Assembly (NCBI GenBank): GCA_038249135.1
Contig: JBBRWO010000002.1
Coordinates: 3,203 to 67,202, forward strand
Direction: 5' to 3'
Length of the DNA: 64,000 bases
Source of the DNA: Coriobacteriia bacterium
GTDB taxonomy: Bacteria; Actinomycetota; Coriobacteriia; Anaerosomatales; JAAXUF01
Within the stretch, counting starts at the first letter, position 1. Every line of letters starts with the position of its first letter. Below are positions 39,788 through 48,701 of the stretch, piece after piece. The notes beneath the pieces were generated by a model. The model did no database searches and had not been told where the DNA came from. It saw only the letters and a list, made by a program, of their open reading frames with translations. The position numbers and the translations under genes are program-made.

Positions 39788-40458
39788 GCGAGGGTCTGGA
39801 CGGTACACAGCTGGCGCTCCTGGCTCATGAGCTCCGGGGGGCGCTGACGGTGGTGCGTGGCCTGAATGATCTGCTACTCACCGGGCTGCCTCCTGCGCAG
39901 CAGATCTCCGCGCTCGAAGGCATCGATCGCGCGGTGCTGCGCGCTAACGCGCTCATCGAGTCGGCCCTCGCAGGTGAGATGCCCGCGCAGGTCGTGTCGC
40001 GAGAGCGCGTGGACCTTGCACCGCTGGTGGCGGGCATGGTCGCCGATCAGCGGGCGATCACGGGCCGTGAGATCGTTCTCGAGGCCTCCGCTGCTCCTGT
40101 CGTTGCGGGCGATGCGAATGCGCTGAGCCGCGTGCTGACCAACCTGATCGACAACGCGCTGAAGTATTCACTGGAGAAACAGACCATCGAGGTGAGCGTC
40201 TCTGTCGAGGGCTCCTCGGCAGTGATCGAAGTCTCTGACCATGGGCCGGGGATTCCCGAGGGCTGTGCGGAGACCATCTTCGAGCCCTTCGAGCGTCTGG
40301 GCCGAGACGCCTCTGTGCCGGGAACGGGACTGGGCCTGTCGGTGGTACGCGGCGTGACGGAGTCGCTCGGCGGCACGATCATCGCCGTGCCTCGCGACGG
40401 CGGCGGCACGATCATGCGGATGACGTTGCCGCTCGCGACGGGCCCAGGCGCGGTCTAG
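39784..40458 (+). CDS. Soluble histidine kinase core (DHp + CA) without sensor or TM domain
   Basis: The H-box is LALLAHELRGALTVV at residues ~11-25. N box LIDNALKYS, G1 DHGPGI, G2 GTGLGLSVV. Its start overlaps the ATPase stop as ATGA. Confidence 0.8.
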   Translation: MSEGLDGTQLALLAHELRGALTVVRGLNDLLLTGLPPAQQISALEGIDRAVLRANALIESALAGEMPAQVVSRERVDLAPLVAGMVADQRAITGREIVLEASAAPVVAGDANALSRVLTNLIDNALKYSLEKQTIEVSVSVEGSSAVIEVSDHGPGIPEGCAETIFEPFERLGRDASVPGTGLGLSVVRGVTESLGGTIIAVPRDGGGTIMRMTLPLATGPGAV

Positions 40459-41399
40459 CGGCGCGGCTCCAGCGCGAACTCGACGAGATTACGGCACAGC
40501 TCGGGGAACTCGATGCCGGCGGCACGAGCTGCGTCGGGAACGAGTGATGTCGAGGTCATGCCCGGGATCGTATTGACCTCGAGCAGCCAGACCGAGCCAT
40601 CCTCGGCGACGATCGTATCCGCTCGCGACAGTCCGCGGCATCCAAGCGTCTTGTGGGCTTCGACCGACAGTCGCTGGCACTCCTCGGCGGCAGCGGCGCT
40701 CACCCTCGCCGGGATGATGTGACGACACATGCCGGGGACGTACTTGGAGTCGTAGTCGTAGAACTCGTTTTGGGGCACGATCTCGAGCGTCGGGAGCGCG
40801 GTGGCGTTGTCGTTGCCCAGAACCGCGACGGTGACCTCCGTGCCAGCGACGAACCGCTCGACCAGCACCTGGCGGTCGAAGCCGAATGCCTTCTCGATCG
40901 CCTCGGACAACTCCGACGGGTTATGCACGATCGTCATGCCGACCGATGAGCCTTCGTTGGCGGGCTTCACGACGGTCTTCTCGCCGAGGGCCTCCACCAG
41001 CGCATTGATGTCGTAGAGCGCGTGGCGCTGCAGCACTGCGTAGTCAGGCGTAGCCAGCCCCGCATCCGAGAAGAACCTCTTGCTCATGACCTTGTCCATG
41101 GCCAGCGCACTGGCGAGCACGCCCGAGCCGACGTACGGCAGGTCGAGCAGTTCGCAGAGCCCCTGGACGGTGCCGTCCTCGCCAAAGCGGCCGTGCAGTG
41201 CGATGAACACGACGTCGGCAGCGGCGGAGCTCAGCTCGGCTATGAAGTCATCCTCACCGGTATCGATCTCGACCACATCGAAGCCGGCAGTTCGCAGCGC
41301 AATGGCGGCCTGAGTGCCGCTATTGAGCGAGACGGCCCTCTCGGCGGACCTGCCACCTTTGAGGACTGCGACGCGGATGTCAGTGGGATTGATGGTCAC
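40455..41399 (-). CDS. ddl: D-alanine--D-alanine ligase
   Basis: VAVLKGGRSAERAVSLNSG, ALHGRFGEDGTVQGLCELLDLPYVGSG, EVNTIPGMT. It starts with GTG. Confidence 0.95.
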   Translation of the reverse strand: MTINPTDIRVAVLKGGRSAERAVSLNSGTQAAIALRTAGFDVVEIDTGEDDFIAELSSAAADVVFIALHGRFGEDGTVQGLCELLDLPYVGSGVLASALAMDKVMSKRFFSDAGLATPDYAVLQRHALYDINALVEALGEKTVVKPANEGSSVGMTIVHNPSELSEAIEKAFGFDRQVLVERFVAGTEVTVAVLGNDNATALPTLEIVPQNEFYDYDSKYVPGMCRHIIPARVSAAAAEECQRLSVEAHKTLGCRGLSRADTIVAEDGSVWLLEVNTIPGMTSTSLVPDAARAAGIEFPELCRNLVEFALEPRR

Positions 41400-41417
41400 G
41401 GTGGAGAGTCCTTCCGA

Positions 41418-42065
41418 TTAGAGCAGTCGGCCGAGACGGAGATAATCGATGATCACAAGCGACGCCCACCAGATGATAGCGCCGCTGAGCGTGACGAAGG
41501 CACCCTTCATGAGTGCCGAGGTGAGAAGACCTGAACGCTCCTGCGCCGAGCGGTTGGCACGGGTTGCGAGCCACACGGCAAGGATGAGTAGCGGGCCCAT
41601 GGCGGTCATGATCAGGCCGCCGAGGATTGTCATCACGTAAGCCTGAGACTCGTAGACGACTTGATCGACCGGAAGCTGGAGCAGCTGCCACACGGCGGCG
41701 GCGGCCAGCACGACCCACGCGCCCAGATACGCCAAGAACGGCCACCACGACACCTGTCCCGCTGCCAAAGCCGGCTCAGGCACCTGCGAGACGGGTGCCG
41801 CCGCAGGCTCCGGTGCAACGATATCGTCGAACGAGTCGGCGTCGGCCGGAGCCTCAGCGGCGTCCTCACTCGAAAGCGACTTCGAGATCTCATCGATCTC
41901 ATCGGGCGCAGCGTCGGCTTCGGGTGGTGCCTCTGGCGTGATCTCCCCCGCAACATCAGCAACGGCGTCGATCGCGAGCTCGGTCACTTCCTCGGCAGGT
42001 GAATCTGGCTCCGTTCCGTCCTCGGCGTGCGAAGACGGTGGCACGAACTCGTCGGTCTCCCCCAT
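41418..42065 (-). CDS. Membrane protein with long acidic N-terminal region, unknown family
   Basis: About 100 aa are rich in Glu/Asp/Ala/Pro, followed by 4 TM helices. A GAGGAGG SD is present. Confidence 0.6.
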   Translation of the reverse strand: MGETDEFVPPSSHAEDGTEPDSPAEEVTELAIDAVADVAGEITPEAPPEADAAPDEIDEISKSLSSEDAAEAPADADSFDDIVAPEPAAAPVSQVPEPALAAGQVSWWPFLAYLGAWVVLAAAAVWQLLQLPVDQVVYESQAYVMTILGGLIMTAMGPLLILAVWLATRANRSAQERSGLLTSALMKGAFVTLSGAIIWWASLVIIDYLRLGRLL

Positions 42066-42077
42066 GCATCCTCCTCA

Positions 42078-42096
42078 TAGACTCTCCGAGAGTCTA
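42078..42096. promoter_or_regulatory. Perfect 19-bp palindrome next to the SD of the 41418..42065 gene
   Basis: tagactctc-c-gagagtcta, with 9-bp arms. It ends 5 nt from the GAGGAGG SD on the minus strand. Confidence 0.35.
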
Positions 42097-42325
42097 CGCA
42101 CCCGAGCCGAACACCTCAACTACGGGTATCAAATTCGCGAAACGTGGCATGTAGTGACTACGGAGGTTTCGTGAAGTCCTCCCCGTTTCACTGTCGCGGG
42201 CGGCATGATGCGGAATGAACTCCCCGCGAGGCCGAACGCTTAATTCCCCGCACCCGACCAAACAACACGGATGCGGCGAGAGATACGAGTATACGCTCGG
42301 CGCCATCGTCAACGAAGGAGCAGCG

Positions 42326-43621
<1,296 letters not shown>

Positions 43622-43641
43622 CTTCCACCCGCGATCGCTTC

Positions 43642-43684
43642 GCGACCTCGCGCGCTCCGAGAACTTCGGGGTGAGCGAGGTCGC
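43642..43684 (+). terminator. Hairpin downstream of htrA
   Basis: A 10-bp stem, gcgacctcgc/gcgaggtcgc, with a 23-nt structured loop. The T-tail is weak (ttgagg). Confidence 0.4.
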
Positions 43685-43744
43685 TTGAGGATGGGTACAC
43701 TCACCTCCCACACGTGAACCACCGTTCTCCTGAAAGGAGCCCCC

Positions 43745-44257
43745 ATGATCGAGATGTATCGTTGCAGCAGTTGTGGCTACCTCCACGTCGGGCCCGCCCC
43801 CGACGTCTGTCCTGTCTGTGGCGCCCCCAAGTCCGCCTTCGTACTGTTCGAGACGCTTCCGGATCTCGCCGGTACCAAGACGCTCGAAAACCTGGCCGCT
43901 GCCTTCGCCGGCGAGTCGCAGGCCAACCGCCGCTACACCTTGTGGCGCCGCATTGCCGAGCTCGAGGGCGCGCCGCAGTCCACCCTCGACGCCTTCGAGC
44001 GCGCCGCCGCCGAGGAGACCGCGCACGCTCTCGGTCACCTCGCCTACATGGGCGGATTCGGCAACACCGCCAAGAATCTCAAGGCCGCTGCCGCTGGCGA
44101 AGGCTATGAGACCGCCGAGATGTACCCGACCTTCGCCGAGCAGGCCGAGGCCGAGGGGCTCAACGACATCGCCCAGTACTTCCGCCGGGTCGGTTCCTAC
44201 GAGAGCTCGCATCAGAAAGAGTATCTGGCTGCGCTCGAGGAGCTCGAGAAGGCCTAG
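43745..44257 (+). CDS. rbr: Reverse rubrerythrin (N-terminal rubredoxin-like CxxC...CxxC, C-terminal ferritin-like diiron domain)
   Basis: N-terminus: YRCSSCGYLHVGPAPDVCPVCGAPK. Then ENLAAAFAGESQANRRY...EETAHALGH...EGYE...ESSHQKEY. A GAAAGGAG SD is present. Confidence 0.9.
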   Translation: MIEMYRCSSCGYLHVGPAPDVCPVCGAPKSAFVLFETLPDLAGTKTLENLAAAFAGESQANRRYTLWRRIAELEGAPQSTLDAFERAAAEETAHALGHLAYMGGFGNTAKNLKAAAAGEGYETAEMYPTFAEQAEAEGLNDIAQYFRRVGSYESSHQKEYLAALEELEKA

Positions 44258-45309
44258 TGACAACAGCGAATGAAGCCGCCGGCATCAAAGCGCTCGATCG
44301 TGCCGGCCTGGGCGCACTCGTCGAGGAGCTCGGCGAGAAGCGGTTTCGGGTCGGACAGATCGAACGCTGGCTGTACGGCGTCGGCGTCGGCTCGTTCGCT
44401 GAGATGACGGACCTGTCGGCCGGCCTGCGAGAGAAACTCGCGGGCCGGTTGGCGCTCCCGTCGTTGCGTGTCGTCACGAGGCAGGAGTCGAGTGACGGCA
44501 CTCGCAAGTACCTCGTCGCGCTCGGCGACGGGACCACCGTCGAAGTCGTAGGGCTCCCCACTCCGGACCGCCTCACCGTGTGCTTCTCGACACAGGCCGG
44601 CTGTGCGATGGGATGCTCGTTCTGCGCGACCGGTCTCGCGGGCCTCACGCGCGACCTCGGTCCGGGCGAGATGGTCGACCAGATTCGCCTCGTCGCCGAC
44701 GACTTCGGCAGGCGCGTCACCAACGCCGTCGCAATGGGCCAAGGCGAACCGTTCACGAACTACGACGCCACCCTCGGCGCACTCCGCTTCATGAACAATC
44801 CCGACACCATCGGCATCGGCGCACGGCACATCACCGTATCCACCTGCGGCCTCCTCAATGGAATCCGCAAGTTCGCCGATGAGCCCGAACAGTTCACCCT
44901 CGCCGTCTCGCTTCACTCGGCCGTGCAAAAGACCCGGGATCGACTCATGCCCGGCGTCCGCGGCATCGCCCTCCCCGACCTGCGCCGCGAGCTCGTCGCT
45001 TACGCCGAGAAGACCGGACGACGGCCCTCGCTCGAATATGCGCTGATCGCCGGAGTCAACGACACCGCCGAGGAACTGACCGCGCTCATCCGCTTCGCTC
45101 GAGGTCTTCTCGTCCACGTGAACCTCATACCCGTGAATCCGGTGCGGGAGAGCGGCTTCGGCCGTGCCACCGGCGAGCGTGTCGCCGTGTTCCAGCGCGA
45201 ACTCCACATGTCCGGCATTCAGGCGTCGGTTCGTGCAGAACGCGGCGCCGACATCGACGCCGCCTGCGGCCAGCTCAGACAGCGGTCCGAGAAGCCCGAT
45301 AAATCCTAG
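44257..45309 (+). CDS. rlmN: 23S rRNA/tRNA (adenine-C2)-methyltransferase RlmN (radical SAM)
   Basis: FRVGQIERWLY, STQAGCAMGCSFCATG, SLH, NLIPVNP. Confidence 0.9.
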   Translation: MTTANEAAGIKALDRAGLGALVEELGEKRFRVGQIERWLYGVGVGSFAEMTDLSAGLREKLAGRLALPSLRVVTRQESSDGTRKYLVALGDGTTVEVVGLPTPDRLTVCFSTQAGCAMGCSFCATGLAGLTRDLGPGEMVDQIRLVADDFGRRVTNAVAMGQGEPFTNYDATLGALRFMNNPDTIGIGARHITVSTCGLLNGIRKFADEPEQFTLAVSLHSAVQKTRDRLMPGVRGIALPDLRRELVAYAEKTGRRPSLEYALIAGVNDTAEELTALIRFARGLLVHVNLIPVNPVRESGFGRATGERVAVFQRELHMSGIQASVRAERGADIDAACGQLRQRSEKPDKS

Positions 45310-48300
45310 CCGCGGCCTTGGCTACGCTCCTGGCCGCACTCTGAGCCGCGCTGCGGTGGCGCGTCGATCGGGCAGAGACCTCCTAGAGCCGGACAGCTAC
45401 TACACACGTTTGCGTCGTAGTGAGTCAGGTGCGTGCTCTGCTCCTCGGCGATTCGGTCGATTCTCGATGCGATCTCGGAACGGATGGCTTCGTGGTCGGC
45501 GTTGCGCGAGAACTCGTGCGTGATCGTCGCGTCGGCGTGCTCGACGAAACTGAACGCGACCTCGACACCCTCGGCCCCGCTTTCGAACGCCGCCAGTGCG
45601 TAACACCTGGCCTGGAGCTCGTACGCGGCGCACCTCTCGCCGGTCGCATCCTCGGGGCCCTTTCCGGTTTTGTAGTCGACGACCAGCGCGTCGCGGCCCG
45701 CCCATGAAATCGCGTCGATGTTGCCCACGAGCACCGTTTCACCCAGCCGGATTCGAAGCGGTTCTTCTCGGCGGAGTCGGTCCCCGGCGTGCAACCTCCG
45801 GGCGACATCGGATGTCGTGAAAGAACCGACCGCTTGCTCGAGCCGCGCACGCTGTGCATCATCAAGGTCGAATCGTCTGACGACGCCCTGGATGGACTCG
45901 GCCGTCGGGCCCTCAGCCGGCGCGGCCTCGAGGACTGCATGCACCGCGGAGCCAAAGCCCGTCGGCGACTGCTCGGCCTGGTCCACGAACCTGCCCAGTC
46001 GCAGCGAATGCTTCACCTGATAGGACAGCGAGCACCGCTCATGAAGGTGTAGCGCGGAGTAAGAAACCTCGCTCGGGCGCCGGATCTCTCCTGCGTAGAC
46101 GCGCGCCGTATGCCACGGTGTTGCGAATGCGGGAGCCGATTCGGCCGGCTCAGCGGATGCGTCCGGCCGAATCTCCTCTTCAGGAGTGAGAACTGTGACG
46201 GTCACCTGTGCTTCGCCGAGGAGAACCGTACCGCTCGCATCCGGATCGCCGAGCGCCTCGCGCACCCAATCGATCAGACTCGTTCCCTCGGCCGCCGGCT
46301 TGCCCATCTTGGCTGCTCCGGAGAACACGAGCAGTTCCTCGGCTCGAGTGGCGGCAACGTACAGGCACCGCTTCTCCTCCTCAACTCCCGCAGCCCGAGC
46401 GGCCGGTTCCAATAGGAGATAGGTCGCAGTCCTCATGTCACCAAAGGACAAAGGCGCTCGCATGCCCACGATGGGTACTTCTCGGCCATCGACGACGTCA
46501 CGGCCGATCACCAGAGAACCCCCCGACCTGCTTTGGCTGCTGGACATGTCCGAGACGAACACGACGGGAAACTCCAAGCCCTTTGCGGAATGCACGGTCA
46601 TGATCCGAACAGCGTCCTTGCCCGCATCCGCCGCTGCCGACTTGTCTTTCGCGCTGTCCTTGCGCTCCCATAGATACGCGACAAACGCGGCAAGGTCCCC
46701 GGATCCTGAAGCGTCGAAACCGTCGGCGAACCGGGCGAGCTTGAGTACATTTGCCCACGCGCGGACGCCTTCTGTGCCCTGGGCGAAAAGGGTGAGGTCG
46801 AAGTCGAACTCCTCACATGCTCTATGGATGAGTTCGGCAACTCCGTACCTCCCCTGGTCTCGCCCAAACGATTCAATCACGTGGTGCGCATGGATGATTG
46901 CGGCGCGGTCCCATTCCGGCAGCGGAATCAACCGCTCGGTGTCTTGCGCGAGGGAACCAAGGCCGCTCCACAGGGAGTCCCTTCCGGCGGTCGCCGCGCG
47001 CACGGCGAGCATCCCATCGTCGCTCAGGGCCACGAGCCTCCCGCCCAAGACCTGCAGCAATGCCTCGTCATCCATCGGCACAGCGATGGCCCTGAGCAGC
47101 GAAAGCACCTCGCCGGTCTCGCGCGCATCGAATAAACTCATGCCCGCACTGACAAGCACTGGGACGCCATGCCGCTCCAGCGCAGACGCGAACAGCGGCG
47201 CTTGAGAACTCGCGCGCAGGAGGATCGCGATGTCTTCTCCGCGGAGCCCGTCATGGGCCAGCAGCTCCGCGATACGAGCTGCCACGTGCTCCGCCTCGGC
47301 CTGCCTGGCCACGCCGACGTTGCAGTCATCCTGCACGACCAACACGCATTCCACGCGCGGTTCCGCGTCCGGGAGCTTGAGTTTCCAGTTAGTGGTACGC
47401 CCCGCTCCGAGCTTCATGAAGCTCGCACCAAACAAGTGGGGCATCGAGAACGCCGCGTTCACCGCCGCCATGATCTCAGGGCGCGATCGGAAGTTCTTCG
47501 CCAGTTCAACGGTGGCCCCAAGTTCCGCTCTTAGCTGCTGAAACACCTTCACATCGGCGTATCGGAACCCGTAGATCGACTGTCGTTCGTCACCCACGAT
47601 GCAGAGGTTCTCGTTGCGGATCGGGTTAAGAACCCGCATCTGGAGCTCGTTGGTGTCTTGGAACTCGTCGACCATGATCATCCGGAATCGTGAACGGTAC
47701 TGCTCCCTCACCTCAGGGTGCTCGCCGAGAAGCTTGACTGCGCGCTCTTGCAGATCATCGAAGTCGAGCGCATTTCGCTGGTTCTTGATAGCCGAGAACT
47801 CGTGCGTATAAGCTCGTAGGAGCTGCTGCAACGCCGATGTGAGCTCAGGCTTCGCTGCCGCGGTCAAAGCCGCCGAGAGAAGCTTGCGTGAGTCCTGGTA
47901 GGCATCACCCGTTGAGGACTTGGGTCTGCCCCCGACCTTGCCGCCCTCATCAAGCTCGCACAGGCGCATGCACAGATCATCGTCGGGGCCGCATGACCCC
48001 GCAGATCGGCACCATGAACTGAGCGTCTCGACGGACGCCACCACCCCCGGGGTCTGCTTCGCTTGCTCGAGTTCAGCAAGCCGCTCTCTTGCCAGATCCA
48101 GCGTGCGACCGAGAATCTCCGCAAGCGCAACCTCATCGTTGGGTACGATCGCCTCGGCGGGGCTCAGGCCCATTGACCGAATCTTTTCGTGTGCGCCGGA
48201 GATGGCCTCCTGGAGCGCTGTTGCCCCCCATTCGTCGATGAGCTGACGCACGTGCGTGTCCGACTCGTACAGCGGCGCGCTGCATGACTCGAAGGCCGCA

Positions 48301-48701
48301 ACCGCGATCGTCGTGGCTCCAACCTCGTCCAATTGCGCGAAGCCCGGTTCGATCCCCGCCTCGAGCACGTGTCTGCGAACCAGACGCCCGCAGAAGGTGT
48401 GAAACGTCGAGATCCAGGCCTCGCTCACGCGCCTACCGGCTGCGACGGATACTCTCTTGTTTACGACTCGCCGAACACGCTCCGCGATCTCGCTCGCCGC
48501 CTTCTTGGTGAACGTGATGGTGAGCACCTGGTCGACTGCCGCCGGCGCCCACGACGCCTCGGAAGACGCATCGAGCGCTTGGGCGAAACGCTCTGCGAGC
48601 ACCGTTGTCTTACCTGAGCCAGCCCCGGCGCTGATTGCGAGGTTGCCATCGATCTGCTCCACCGCGGCCTTTTGCTCGGGAGTCATTCGTGCATCGCTCA
48701 T
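45306..48701 (-). CDS. addA: ATP-dependent helicase/nuclease subunit A (UvrD-like motor plus RecB-family nuclease)
   Basis: MTPEQKAAVEQIDGNLAISAGAGSGKTTVLAERF, VDEFQDTN, TVHSAKGLEF, with a C-terminal nuclease region (VDYKTG). The ATG at 48701 overlaps the addB stop as ATGA. Confidence 0.85.
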   Translation of the reverse strand: MSDARMTPEQKAAVEQIDGNLAISAGAGSGKTTVLAERFAQALDASSEASWAPAAVDQVLTITFTKKAASEIAERVRRVVNKRVSVAAGRRVSEAWISTFHTFCGRLVRRHVLEAGIEPGFAQLDEVGATTIAVAAFESCSAPLYESDTHVRQLIDEWGATALQEAISGAHEKIRSMGLSPAEAIVPNDEVALAEILGRTLDLARERLAELEQAKQTPGVVASVETLSSWCRSAGSCGPDDDLCMRLCELDEGGKVGGRPKSSTGDAYQDSRKLLSAALTAAAKPELTSALQQLLRAYTHEFSAIKNQRNALDFDDLQERAVKLLGEHPEVREQYRSRFRMIMVDEFQDTNELQMRVLNPIRNENLCIVGDERQSIYGFRYADVKVFQQLRAELGATVELAKNFRSRPEIMAAVNAAFSMPHLFGASFMKLGAGRTTNWKLKLPDAEPRVECVLVVQDDCNVGVARQAEAEHVAARIAELLAHDGLRGEDIAILLRASSQAPLFASALERHGVPVLVSAGMSLFDARETGEVLSLLRAIAVPMDDEALLQVLGGRLVALSDDGMLAVRAATAGRDSLWSGLGSLAQDTERLIPLPEWDRAAIIHAHHVIESFGRDQGRYGVAELIHRACEEFDFDLTLFAQGTEGVRAWANVLKLARFADGFDASGSGDLAAFVAYLWERKDSAKDKSAAADAGKDAVRIMTVHSAKGLEFPVVFVSDMSSSQSRSGGSLVIGRDVVDGREVPIVGMRAPLSFGDMRTATYLLLEPAARAAGVEEEKRCLYVAATRAEELLVFSGAAKMGKPAAEGTSLIDWVREALGDPDASGTVLLGEAQVTVTVLTPEEEIRPDASAEPAESAPAFATPWHTARVYAGEIRRPSEVSYSALHLHERCSLSYQVKHSLRLGRFVDQAEQSPTGFGSAVHAVLEAAPAEGPTAESIQGVVRRFDLDDAQRARLEQAVGSFTTSDVARRLHAGDRLRREEPLRIRLGETVLVGNIDAISWAGRDALVVDYKTGKGPEDATGERCAAYELQARCYALAAFESGAEGVEVAFSFVEHADATITHEFSRNADHEAIRSEIASRIDRIAEEQSTHLTHYDANVCSSCPALGGLCPIDAPPQRGSECGQERSQGRG

